Below are positions 1-8,673 of a DNA stretch of 64,000 nt, one piece after another; the stretch's first letter is position 1, and each line of letters begins with the position of its first letter. Where the stretch lies: assembly GCA_964540825.1 (NCBI GenBank), contig CAZINT010000001.1, positions 284,565 through 348,564 of the forward strand, in the 5' to 3' direction. The notes below the pieces were generated by a model, which was given only the letters and a program-made list of their open reading frames with translations, was not told where the DNA came from and made no database searches. Origin of the DNA: an uncultured Gammaproteobacteria bacterium. GTDB lineage: Bacteria > Patescibacteriota > Patescibacteriia > Magasanikbacterales > GWA2-37-8. A program made the position numbers and the translations under genes.

Positions 1-68
1 TCATGGGAGGAGCATTGGTAGTTGAAAATACCTACTGTCGTTAAGGTGTGCATTTTTGAGCTGTTTAA

Positions 69-99
69 GAAACAACCTCAATTTTGTTGAGGTTGTTTC
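69..99. terminator. Strong 13-bp stem-loop (GAAACAACCTCAA / TTGAGGTTGTTTC), a candidate terminator for a gene ending upstream of the window
   Basis: Perfect inverted repeat read directly; the flanking T-tract is weak. Confidence 0.4.
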
Positions 100-165
100 T
101 GTATAGGATAAAGTTCTAGCCCGTATGAGTAAGTGATTGAGATACTATTTATTTTTAAATAACAT

Positions 166-549
166 ATGAACAAAACAATTTTAAAAAGTATCGGGGCCGT
201 GCTCGCCGGTTTTGTCTCGGTCGCTGTTTTATCCGTCGCAACTGATGCTATGCTTGAGGCGGCAGGTGTTTTTGCAACCCAAACTCAACCCGAAGCAACC
301 ATGCCCTGGATGCTTGCGGTCGCCCTCGTCTACCGCAGCGTCTACACGATCATCGGCGGCTATATTACCGCCCGCCTCGCGCCAACGAGCCCCATGAAAC
401 ACGTGGTTGTGCTCATGATTCTCGGTGGCCTTGGAGGGATTGGCGGCGTCGTGAATGGTTGGGGGTATGGTAACCACTGGTACCCCATTGCGCTCGCGGT
501 GACTGGGCCGGTGTTTGTTTGGGTGGGTGGAAGATATTTTAAACAATAA
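166..549 (+). CDS. Small hydrophobic membrane protein, hypothetical
   Basis: 127-aa ORF with three or four predicted TM segments and a Gly-rich tail; no recognisable family. Confidence 0.5.
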   Translation: MNKTILKSIGAVLAGFVSVAVLSVATDAMLEAAGVFATQTQPEATMPWMLAVALVYRSVYTIIGGYITARLAPTSPMKHVVVLMILGGLGGIGGVVNGWGYGNHWYPIALAVTGPVFVWVGGRYFKQ

Positions 550-568
550 TAATTTTATATTTAAGGAT

Positions 569-1414
569 ATGTATTTTGAATCGTCAACTAATACGATTTC
601 GGTTATAGATTTAATTAACTTATCAAAAGATGTTGCTCAACTAAATTTAGGTTATTTAGCTATTGCAGTAACTATTTTAGGCATACTCGGTGTTGTTTTT
701 GTCTATTTTAATATTAATCCTCTCAAAGATGCACTTAATAGACAGGAAGATAAAGTAGATGCTCTTAAAAAGGAAGCTGACAAGATTTTAAAATCTTCCG
801 AGGAGAATGTTCAGGTATCCCTAAATAATTTTAGAGAAGAACAAAAACAAGTTACCTCTGAATTCTTAAATCAAAGTGAGGCAAAAAATATTTTAGAAAC
901 AAAAAATCAAGTTGCTCTGGTCGAGAAAGTACTTCTTGAAAAAATTGAGAGTGTTTCAGAGGGTAAAGACGTAAAGCTCAAAGAAATTATTCTATCTGAA
1001 ACAGTAAATAAAATAAGTGCTACAGAGAAGTCAGTAGGAATTGAAAATAATAAAATAAGAGTTGATTTAAATGAAAAAATTACTTCTTTAAATGGCAAGA
1101 TTACAACACTCGAAAAAGAAATTTTTGAAATAAGAAGAAGTTTAGTTGAGTTTGAAATTGAAAATCATTTAAAGAAGCGGCAGGTAGGTGCTATGCGTAA
1201 AATGATAGAGAAATTAGAAATGGATATTAAACGCACTTGGGGTGCGGATGATACTTTGGTTGAGATTAAACAATATATTTTAGAACACGGCATGCCTAAT
1301 TATTATTTTACTGATCTTCAAAATGTTTTAGAAAAATTAACGCCAGAATTTAAACTGTTAAAAGATGAAATTTTAAAATTAGCACAGGAAAAAATTTACA
1401 AAGTAAAAGATTAA
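569..1414 (+). CDS. Membrane-anchored coiled-coil protein, hypothetical
   Basis: ORF with an N-terminal TM helix then about 230 aa of K/E-rich heptad sequence. The ATG at 569 follows an AAGGA Shine-Dalgarno motif. The ORF track starts it at 515, overlapping the upstream gene. Confidence 0.5.
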   Translation: MYFESSTNTISVIDLINLSKDVAQLNLGYLAIAVTILGILGVVFVYFNINPLKDALNRQEDKVDALKKEADKILKSSEENVQVSLNNFREEQKQVTSEFLNQSEAKNILETKNQVALVEKVLLEKIESVSEGKDVKLKEIILSETVNKISATEKSVGIENNKIRVDLNEKITSLNGKITTLEKEIFEIRRSLVEFEIENHLKKRQVGAMRKMIEKLEMDIKRTWGADDTLVEIKQYILEHGMPNYYFTDLQNVLEKLTPEFKLLKDEILKLAQEKIYKVKD

Positions 1415-1643
1415 ATAAAATTATACTTTTTCAGAGGAAATAATTTTTTATTAGCGGTTATATCGTATAATGAAGCGCTCTGTCGACAACAATAAGATGA
1501 GGTTGTCTAAATTGCGGTTCCTCAAAGGGGTTTGGCGTATTTAAGAAGGGTATAGGACTTAATAAACAGCTGAATTTTCCAAAAGCCCTATAAGGGTTTA
1601 CCTCTGTTGCCACGCTGCACCCCTTCATATATACTAATCCCAC

Positions 1644-2942
1644 ATGCAAACCCTGATTACCCTTAAAAATGAGTTTATTCAGTCCCTGCGCGTAGGGTGG
1701 TTTTTGGCGTTTCGGCAGATTCACCGGGTGGGCAAGGGGACCAGCGCCCTCATTATTTTTATCATGACCCTGACGTTTTTGAATTTGGTGGTGGTGTCAG
1801 GGCTCCTCGTCGGCCTTATTAGCGGCTCATTTAAGCAGTTTCGCGAGAGTTATGCGGCGGATATTATCATTACCGCTGCGCCGGGTCGAAGCTATATTGA
1901 AAACTCACCAGCACTGGTAGACTTTTTGAATGCTAATAATAAGGTAATTGCAGTGTCGCCGCGGTACGGAGCCGGAGCAACAGTGCGGGGGACGCTCAGC
2001 CAATCGACGCCGAAGAAGGAGCGGGCTAACCAGATAAGTACGCGTGTCACCGGCTTTGATCCGGCGCGTGAAGAGGAGCTGACCCATTTTTCACGCTTTG
2101 TCATTAAAGGGCAGATGATTGACGCAACGGACGAAGGGTCTATTTTGATCGGGGCTAATTTACTCAAAAAATATTCTTCATTTGCCGATGCGAATATCCC
2201 GGGGCTTGATTTGCTCCGTGATGTGGATGTTGGCGACCGCGTTCGCTTGACGATTCCAAATCCGGACGGTGACCCGGCGACGAAAGATTTTTTTGTGAAG
2301 GGGATTGTTAAAAGTAAGGTTGATGAAATTTCAACGCGCATGTTTGTGAACGATCAGGAATTAAAACGGCTCCTCCCCGCCAACAAAGAACAGCTTCAGG
2401 AAATTGCTATCAAGACCAAGCCGGGGCAGGATATGGTCCTCCTCGAAGAAATTAAAAATTTTATGGACGGGTATGCGGCGCAGATCCAGACGGCCGACGA
2501 AGCAATTCCGTCATTTTTGCGCGATATTGAAACCACGATGTCGATTTTAGGCAATGCCCTGTCATCGTTTGCACTCGTGGTAGCGTCGATCACGGTGTTT
2601 ATTGTTATCTATATTAACGCTGTTACCAAACGCAAGTTTATTGGGATTATGAAAGGCATTGGTATTAGCCCGTGGGCGGTGCAGGCGTCGTACCTGATAC
2701 AGGCATTGTTTTATGGTTTGGCCGGGTCGGGGATTGGGCTCGCGCTGACGTTTGGACTTCTCAAGCCGTACTTTGACGCGAACCCGATCAACTTTCCGTT
2801 TTCGGATGGTATTTTGGCCGCGACACCGGAAGGTGCATTTACGCGTGTGGCGATTTTGCTCGTTGTGACCGTGATTGCCGGGTATATTCCCGCCACGATC
2901 ATTGTACGCAAAAATACGCTTGATTCAATCTTGGGCCGCTAA
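1644..2942 (+). CDS. ABC transporter permease, FtsX/MacB-like, with a large extracytoplasmic domain
   Basis: 432 aa with an N-terminal TM, a roughly 250-aa soluble domain and a C-terminal cluster of three TMs (FtsX-like), immediately upstream of the ATPase gene. Confidence 0.8.
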   Translation: MQTLITLKNEFIQSLRVGWFLAFRQIHRVGKGTSALIIFIMTLTFLNLVVVSGLLVGLISGSFKQFRESYAADIIITAAPGRSYIENSPALVDFLNANNKVIAVSPRYGAGATVRGTLSQSTPKKERANQISTRVTGFDPAREEELTHFSRFVIKGQMIDATDEGSILIGANLLKKYSSFADANIPGLDLLRDVDVGDRVRLTIPNPDGDPATKDFFVKGIVKSKVDEISTRMFVNDQELKRLLPANKEQLQEIAIKTKPGQDMVLLEEIKNFMDGYAAQIQTADEAIPSFLRDIETTMSILGNALSSFALVVASITVFIVIYINAVTKRKFIGIMKGIGISPWAVQASYLIQALFYGLAGSGIGLALTFGLLKPYFDANPINFPFSDGILAATPEGAFTRVAILLVVTVIAGYIPATIIVRKNTLDSILGR

Positions 2943-2945
2943 TGT

Positions 2946-3617
2946 ATGATTGCCGGAAAAAATATTGTTAAAACCTATGGTCAGGGTGATATCGCGCTCA
3001 CGGTACTCAAGAGCGTGAGTATTGATATTCTCGATCAGGAATTTGTAGCCATCATCGGGCCGTCGGGCGCTGGCAAGTCGACGCTCCTGTATCAGTTATC
3101 GCTCCTCGACGAGCCGACTTCGGGGGATATTATTATTGATAGTATTAAGACAAGCGAAATGTCGCAGCGCCAGAAGACCAAACTCCGCCTTGAAAAATTG
3201 GGGTACGTGTTTCAGGATTATGCGCTCTTACCCGAATTGAATGCACTTGAAAATGTCATGCTCCCGATGCTTATGCAGGGTGCCACCAAAGCCGTTGCCG
3301 GGCAAAAAGCGCGGGCTGCGCTCGACCGCATCGGCCTCGCCGACAAAATGCGCAATGTGCCAAGTCAGTTATCCGGCGGTCAGCAGCAGCGCGTGTCGAT
3401 TGCGCGCGCGATCGCGCATCATCCGCATATTTTGTTTGCCGACGAACCAACCGCCAACCTCGACTCCGCGAACTCTGCGCTCGTCATGCAGTCGTTTCTC
3501 GACCTCAATAGCGAAGGGCAGACAATTATTATGATTACCCACGAAGAAGAATATGCTCGCCGCGCCAAACGCGTGGTTACCCTCAAAGACGGGCAGATTG
3601 TGAAGGATGAGAAATAA
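2946..3617 (+). CDS. ABC transporter ATP-binding protein (LolD/MacB ATPase type)
   Basis: Walker A GPSGAGKST, ABC signature LSGGQQQRVSIARA and Walker B ILFADEPT. Confidence 0.92.
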   Translation: MIAGKNIVKTYGQGDIALTVLKSVSIDILDQEFVAIIGPSGAGKSTLLYQLSLLDEPTSGDIIIDSIKTSEMSQRQKTKLRLEKLGYVFQDYALLPELNALENVMLPMLMQGATKAVAGQKARAALDRIGLADKMRNVPSQLSGGQQQRVSIARAIAHHPHILFADEPTANLDSANSALVMQSFLDLNSEGQTIIMITHEEEYARRAKRVVTLKDGQIVKDEK

Positions 3618-3620
3618 AAC

Positions 3621-4193
3621 ATGATTCAAGAAAAAAACAAAATCCGCTGTGATTGGGCGGCAAACGCAAGCCCGCTTATGCGAGGCTACCACGATACGGA
3701 GTGGGGAGTACCTGTTCACAATGACCAGGTACTTTTTGAATTTCTGATTCTCGAAGGTGCGCAGGCGGGACTTAGCTGGAGTACAGTGCTTAACAAGCGT
3801 GAAAATTACCGCAAAGCGCTAAAGGGGTTTGACGCCCAAAGAATCGCACGGTATGGTACTAAAGATGCTCAAAAGCTTCTTGCTAACCCCGGTATCATCC
3901 GTAACCGCCTTAAAATTGCCGCAGCTATCACGAATGCTCAAAAATTTTTGGATGTCCAAAAAGAATTCGGATCGTTCGATAAGTATATTTGGCAATTCGT
4001 GGGCGGCAAGCCGAAAAAAAATAAAGTTCGATCTATAAAAGATATTCCGACAAAAACGAAAGAATCGGATGCGCTGAGTAAGGATTTATTAAAACGCGGA
4101 TTTAAGTTTGTAGGGTCAACAATCATGTATGCGTTTATGCAGGCAGTGGGGATGGTGGATGATCATGAAATAAAATGTTTTAAAAAGAAATAA
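3621..4193 (+). CDS. tag: DNA-3-methyladenine glycosylase I
   Basis: Strong end-to-end similarity to E. coli Tag (YHDTEWGVP, EGAQAGLSW, KRENYR, ALSKDLLKRGFKFVGSTIMYAFMQA). Confidence 0.93.
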   Translation: MIQEKNKIRCDWAANASPLMRGYHDTEWGVPVHNDQVLFEFLILEGAQAGLSWSTVLNKRENYRKALKGFDAQRIARYGTKDAQKLLANPGIIRNRLKIAAAITNAQKFLDVQKEFGSFDKYIWQFVGGKPKKNKVRSIKDIPTKTKESDALSKDLLKRGFKFVGSTIMYAFMQAVGMVDDHEIKCFKKK

Positions 4194-4201
4194 AGAACTG
4201 T

Positions 4202-4624
4202 ATGAACATGTTCAAACCCGTGAAAGCATCCTCAATTAAAGAGTATATCGACATGCTCGAGCCCGAACGACGCGAAGCGATTCTTTTTCTTGATCGGTTC
4301 ATTAAAAAAACCGTGCCAAAATTAAAACCTTTGTTTGCCTATAATATGCTCGGGTATGGCGCCTTCAAGTATATAAATGCTCAGAAAAAAGAAATTGACT
4401 GGCCGGTCGTGTCGCTCGCGAGCCAAAAGAATTATATAAGTCTGTATATTTGTTCGATTGAAAACGGAAAGTATTTGGCTGAAAGCCATAAAGACGAGCT
4501 TGGCAAAGTGAAGGTGGGTAAAAGTTGTATTCAAATTAAAAAAATTGAGGATCTTGATCTGAAAGGTGTAGCTAAAGTGCTGAAGCTCGCGGCCAAGAAA
4601 CCCGGACTTATTAAAATTAATTAA
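4202..4624 (+). CDS. DUF1801 (YdhG-like) domain protein
   Basis: N-terminal EYIDMLEPERREAILFLDRFI pattern typical of DUF1801. Confidence 0.55.
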   Translation: MNMFKPVKASSIKEYIDMLEPERREAILFLDRFIKKTVPKLKPLFAYNMLGYGAFKYINAQKKEIDWPVVSLASQKNYISLYICSIENGKYLAESHKDELGKVKVGKSCIQIKKIEDLDLKGVAKVLKLAAKKPGLIKIN

Positions 4625-4638
4625 CTAATTTTTATTCT

Positions 4639-5097
4639 ATGCAATACCTCCATTTTTCAACAACAATTAACGCTCCAAAAGAAAAAGTATGGGACACGAT
4701 GCTCGAGGACGCGACCTATCGTGAATGGACTGAACCATTTCATGCTGGTTCGTATTACGAAGGTGATTGGAGCGTGGGTAGTAAAATGTTATTTTTGGGA
4801 CCGAACGATGACGGCACAACGGGCGGTATGGTCAGCCGGATCGTAGAGAATCGCCTGTATGATTTTATTTCCATTGAACACTTGGGCGAAGTTATGAATG
4901 GAGTAGAGGATACTACCAGTGAACGGGTTAAAGCGTGGGCTGGCGCTCATGAAAATTATACCTTTACAGAAAACGAAGGAAAAACTGAAGTTCGGGTAGA
5001 TCTTGATTTTGCCGACGGTAACCCAGAAATGATGGCTATGTTTGAAGCTATGTGGCCAAAGGCATTGGCAAAACTGAAAGAAATCGCAGAAAAATAA
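4639..5097 (+). CDS. SRPBCC-superfamily protein (AHSA1/Activator-of-Hsp90-ATPase-like)
   Basis: N-terminal INAPKEKVWDTMLD motif followed by a tryptophan-containing core. Confidence 0.7.
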   Translation: MQYLHFSTTINAPKEKVWDTMLEDATYREWTEPFHAGSYYEGDWSVGSKMLFLGPNDDGTTGGMVSRIVENRLYDFISIEHLGEVMNGVEDTTSERVKAWAGAHENYTFTENEGKTEVRVDLDFADGNPEMMAMFEAMWPKALAKLKEIAEK

Positions 5098-5115
5098 ATT
5101 TTAAATTCTACATAT

Positions 5116-5517
5116 ATGATTACTGTTGAAACCATTGTCAAAGCGCCGATTGAAAAAGTTTGGAAATATTGGAATGAGCCGGAACATATCACGAAGTGGG
5201 CTTTTGCGTCCGACGACTGGGAAGCTCCGGCCGCAGAAAATGATTTGCGCGTGGGCGGAAAATTTAAAACCGTCATGGCTGCCAAAGACAAAAGTGCCGA
5301 GTTTGACATGGCCGGAGTATATACCGCTGTGGAAGAGGGCACACTAATTGAATATGAATTTGGTGACCGCAGAGCAAAAATTGTCTTTGAAACTGTGCCT
5401 GAAGGCGTGCGCGTGGTTGAGTCGTTCGATCCGGAAAAAGAAAACCCGGAAGAAATGCAGCGGGCTGGTTGGCAGGCAATTTTAGATAATTTTAAAAAAC
5501 ACGTCGAACAGGAATAG
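5116..5517 (+). CDS. SRPBCC-superfamily protein (AHSA1-like), tandem paralogue
   Basis: VKAPIEKVWKYWNEPEHITKW motif; adjacent to the gene at 4639. Confidence 0.7.
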   Translation: MITVETIVKAPIEKVWKYWNEPEHITKWAFASDDWEAPAAENDLRVGGKFKTVMAAKDKSAEFDMAGVYTAVEEGTLIEYEFGDRRAKIVFETVPEGVRVVESFDPEKENPEEMQRAGWQAILDNFKKHVEQE

Positions 5518-5538
5518 TGTTTTTTATTCATTAAGTAT

Positions 5539-5946
5539 TTGTATATGGCAAATTTCAATCCCGTCGTCCACTTTGAAATGCCCTACGAAGATAAAGATCG
5601 TGTCGCCAAGTTTTATGAGGAAGCGCTGGGCTGGAAAATGAATAAGCTCGGGCCCGATATGATGGACTACATAACCGCCTATACGGCCGAGACTGATGAA
5701 AACCGGATGGTCAAAACTCCGGGAACGATTAACGGCGGATTTTTTCCTAAAAAACCGGATTGGCCAGCGCAATATCCATCGGTCGTTATTTCAGTTGAAG
5801 ATATTCAGGCGGCCATGAAAAAAGTAACTGAAGCCGGTGGTAAAGTTCTCGGGGAGCCAATGCCTATTCCGGGCACAGGGATGTATGTTTCATTTCTGGA
5901 TACCGAAGGTAACCGTGCGAGTTTACTTCAACCTGCTCACCAATAA
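5539..5946 (+). CDS. VOC-family (glyoxalase/bleomycin-resistance fold) protein
   Basis: VVHFEMPYEDKDRVAKFYEEALGW motif characteristic of the glyoxalase-like fold. Confidence 0.7.
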   Translation: MYMANFNPVVHFEMPYEDKDRVAKFYEEALGWKMNKLGPDMMDYITAYTAETDENRMVKTPGTINGGFFPKKPDWPAQYPSVVISVEDIQAAMKKVTEAGGKVLGEPMPIPGTGMYVSFLDTEGNRASLLQPAHQ

Positions 5947-5950
5947 CGCT

Positions 5951-6868
5951 ATGCAAAAAATTACCCCACATCTTTGGTTTGATAAGGAAGCCAAGCAGGC
6001 GGCAGAATTCTATACAGCACTCTTTCCGGATTCAAAAATTACCAGTTCGTCGACTATCCACGATACGCCGTCGGGGGATTGTGACATTATGGCGTTTGAA
6101 CTTTGCGGCGAGCCCTTTATGGCGATTAGCGCCGGACCGGTTTTTAAAATTAACCCGTCGATTTCGTTTCAAGTAAAATGTGCTACTAAAGATGAAGCCG
6201 ATACCTTCTGGAAAGCTTTATCAGAAGACGGCATGGCCCTCATGCCGCTCCAGGCATATCCGTTTAGCGAATATTATGGCTGGATACAAGACAAGTATGG
6301 GGTATCGTGGCAGCTGATGTATATGGCAGACCAGCCGATCGAGCAAAAAATTGTTCCGGTGATGACGTTTGTGGGCGGTGCTTACGGCAAAGTCGAAGAA
6401 GCAATGAATCGGTATGTTGAAATTTTTAAGCAAGCACCGGCCGCTGCAGCAGCGGAGTTGCCTTCGAGCGCTGCTGTCATGATGCGCTATGGGGCGGGGG
6501 AGGCACCAGACACCGAAGGCAAAGTAAAATACGCTGTTTTTAAACTGCGTGGTCAAGAGTTTGGGGCAATGGAATCGGCCCATGATCACAAGTTCGCTTT
6601 TAACGAAGCTGTTTCACTTCTTGTGCCGTGTGAAAACCAGGAGGAGATAGATTATTTTTGGAGTAAGCTTTCCGCGGTTTCTGAGGCCGAGCAGTGTGGT
6701 TGGTTGAAAGATGCTTATGGTGTATCGTGGCAGGTTTGGCCAACGGCACTTGGGCGTATGATGAACACAGGAACGCCGGAGCAGGTTGCGGCAGTTACAC
6801 AAGCATTTATGTCCATGAAGAAATTTGATATTGCCAAACTGGAAGAAGTCTACCAGGCAGCAAAATAA
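5951..6868 (+). CDS. Tandem two-domain VOC protein (PhnB / 3-demethylubiquinone-9 3-methyltransferase-like domain, duplicated)
   Basis: Begins MQKITPHLWFD. The module (FELCG...YGVSWQ) recurs in the second half (FKLRG...YGVSWQV). Start chosen at the internal ATG at 5951; the ORF track starts at 5837, overlapping the upstream gene. Confidence 0.72.
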   Translation: MQKITPHLWFDKEAKQAAEFYTALFPDSKITSSSTIHDTPSGDCDIMAFELCGEPFMAISAGPVFKINPSISFQVKCATKDEADTFWKALSEDGMALMPLQAYPFSEYYGWIQDKYGVSWQLMYMADQPIEQKIVPVMTFVGGAYGKVEEAMNRYVEIFKQAPAAAAAELPSSAAVMMRYGAGEAPDTEGKVKYAVFKLRGQEFGAMESAHDHKFAFNEAVSLLVPCENQEEIDYFWSKLSAVSEAEQCGWLKDAYGVSWQVWPTALGRMMNTGTPEQVAAVTQAFMSMKKFDIAKLEEVYQAAK

Positions 6869-6872
6869 AAAT

Positions 6873-7217
6873 ATGCAAAAAATTTCCAGTGTCGACGCCT
6901 ACATTGCCAGCGCGCCCAAAGCAATTCAGGGAAAATTAAATGATATCCGCCGAACGATTAAAAAAGCAGCTCCGGAGGCTGAAGAAAAAATCAGCTACAG
7001 CATGCCATATTATGCCTATAAGGGGCGGCTGGTGTACTTCGCGTACTTCAAAGATCATATCAGTTTTTTTGCCATGCCTCCGATTCCGCCTGAGTATGTG
7101 AAAAAATTGAAAGTCACCGGTAAGGCAACGATCCAGTTTACGCTCGACGAAAAAATACCACTCGCATTGATTGCACGGTTGGTAAAGGAAGGCGTCAAGC
7201 GTAATGAAGCGAAGTAA
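6873..7217 (+). CDS. DUF1801 domain protein
   Basis: VDAYIASAPKAIQGKLNDIRRTIKKAAPEAEEKISYSMPYYAYKGRLVYFAYFKDHISF fits the DUF1801 pattern closely. Confidence 0.65.
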   Translation: MQKISSVDAYIASAPKAIQGKLNDIRRTIKKAAPEAEEKISYSMPYYAYKGRLVYFAYFKDHISFFAMPPIPPEYVKKLKVTGKATIQFTLDEKIPLALIARLVKEGVKRNEAK

Positions 7218-7326
7218 TAGTTTCGGAAAAAACCGGCTTTAATTAGTCGGTTTTTTTAATACGCTCAATTTTGAAAGATACTGCGGAAAGTGTGGTATAC
7301 TGTCTATAAGACTAATACATTTTTTT

Positions 7327-7893
7327 ATGAAACGCCGTCCGGCCAAAAAAGTATCTTTAATTATTCACGATCTTTGCATTATTGCGCTCAGCATCGGTAT
7401 TTCTGTTTTTTTAGTTAAAACCGATGTATTGGTGCGTGTACTTACCTCTACCAAGGAACTGGAACTGATCGGAAGTTTTGTGTCTGGTATTTTTTTTACA
7501 TCAGTTTTTACAACTGCTCCGGCGATTGTGACGCTCGGCGAAATCGCTCAGGTCAACTCGGTCTTTCTGACAGCGCTTCTTGGTTCGCTCGGCGCGGTAT
7601 TTGGCGATCTGATTATTTTTTACTTTATTCGCGATCGCTTAAGCAGTCATTTGATGGAACTCATCAGTGAACGGGGGCTGCCAAAGCGTTTAAAAAAGTT
7701 ATTCAAAATGCGCATGTTCCGGTGGTTTACCTTTCTTCTGGGCGGTATCATTATTGCGTCGCCTCTGCCGGACGAATTGGGAATTGGGCTCCTGGGTTTT
7801 TCCAAAATGAAATTATCGTGGTTTGTCCCGATTTCATTGGTGTTCAATTTTATCGGGATTCTGCTTATCGGGCTCTTAGCACGCAGTGTTTAA
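7327..7893 (+). CDS. Polytopic membrane protein, hypothetical (possibly DedA/YqaA-like)
   Basis: 188 aa with four or five hydrophobic segments; family assignment is tentative. Confidence 0.45.
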   Translation: MKRRPAKKVSLIIHDLCIIALSIGISVFLVKTDVLVRVLTSTKELELIGSFVSGIFFTSVFTTAPAIVTLGEIAQVNSVFLTALLGSLGAVFGDLIIFYFIRDRLSSHLMELISERGLPKRLKKLFKMRMFRWFTFLLGGIIIASPLPDELGIGLLGFSKMKLSWFVPISLVFNFIGILLIGLLARSV

Positions 7894-7930
7894 ATTTGAG
7901 TGTGGTGCAAGTAATGTATAAGGTGAGCGA

Positions 7931-7959
7931 TTGACAGTAACACTTTTTCTCTATATACT
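7931..7959 (+). promoter_or_regulatory. Near-consensus sigma-70 promoter: TTGACA (7931-7936), 17-nt spacer, TATACT (7954-7959)
   Basis: Hexamers and spacing read directly; lies upstream of the GC-rich ORF. Confidence 0.5.
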
Positions 7960-7998
7960 TCTTTTTCATCAACGATGTTCGTTTCAATGGAGTTATTC

Positions 7999-8542
7999 CA
8001 TGCCAACAGAGCGAGTCTATGTCCCTGGTGTGGTCGCGCCTACAGTTCCGGACGGTCAGCCCGTTCCGGCCGAGCCCTCTGATGCAACGGAGTGCTCGCC
8101 TCCACCTGCAGCCGCGGTCTATTCCGCGGCAAAAGTCATGCCCTCGGCACGGACGGTCTCGCTTCAAGACCCAACGCGAGTGCTTAGCGGGCCGGTTGCA
8201 CCCCGAGTGATGCTTCGCTCTAAGCCAAAGCAGCAGCTTTTGAGCGCAGAACTCCTCAAAGTTTATGTGTGGTGGTTGGTTGTCGGTGCCGCGCTAATTT
8301 TCTTTGGCTATATGGTTTATGAGGTAGTGGGCGACTACCTGTCTGAGAATGCTTCCACCGTTCCTTCGACCTCTCCGCGTACAAAACCGGCCCTTCCGTC
8401 TCCTGCGACCCGTACTCCTTACCCCGTGTATGTGGCGCCAGAGTACATTGTTACAACTGGGGACGCGGCCAAAACCAAGCGTCGTCTTCCTCCCGCACAC
8501 CGCAAGCACAACATCCGCTCTAAAAAACACTCCCGCCGCTGA
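7999..8542 (+). CDS. Proline-rich single-TM protein, hypothetical (high-GC gene)
   Basis: ATG at 7999 (MPTERVYVPG...), Pro-rich flanks and a central TM (VWWLVVGAALIFFGYMVY). About 58% GC, clearly above neighbouring genes. Confidence 0.35.
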
Positions 8543-8627
8543 CGCTCTTTCACAGCCCAACCTTTCCTCCTAGCCCTCTCCCTGAGGCGTTACAGCGTAA
8601 CGTTTTAGGGAGCGGGAGGAAAAAAAT

Positions 8628-8655
8628 AACCCCATTTTAAGTGGGGTTATTTTAT
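8628..8655. terminator. Bidirectional rho-independent terminator (AACCCCA-loop-TGGGGTT with flanking T/A tracts)
   Basis: Hairpin plus T-tract read directly between convergent genes. Confidence 0.6.
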
Positions 8656-8673
8656 TTACAAATAGTTAAAATT

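Noticed and set aside
4956-5558. 200-aa minus-strand ORF spanning the two AHSA1 genes
   Set aside because: It is antisense to two well-supported SRPBCC genes and has no features of a real protein.
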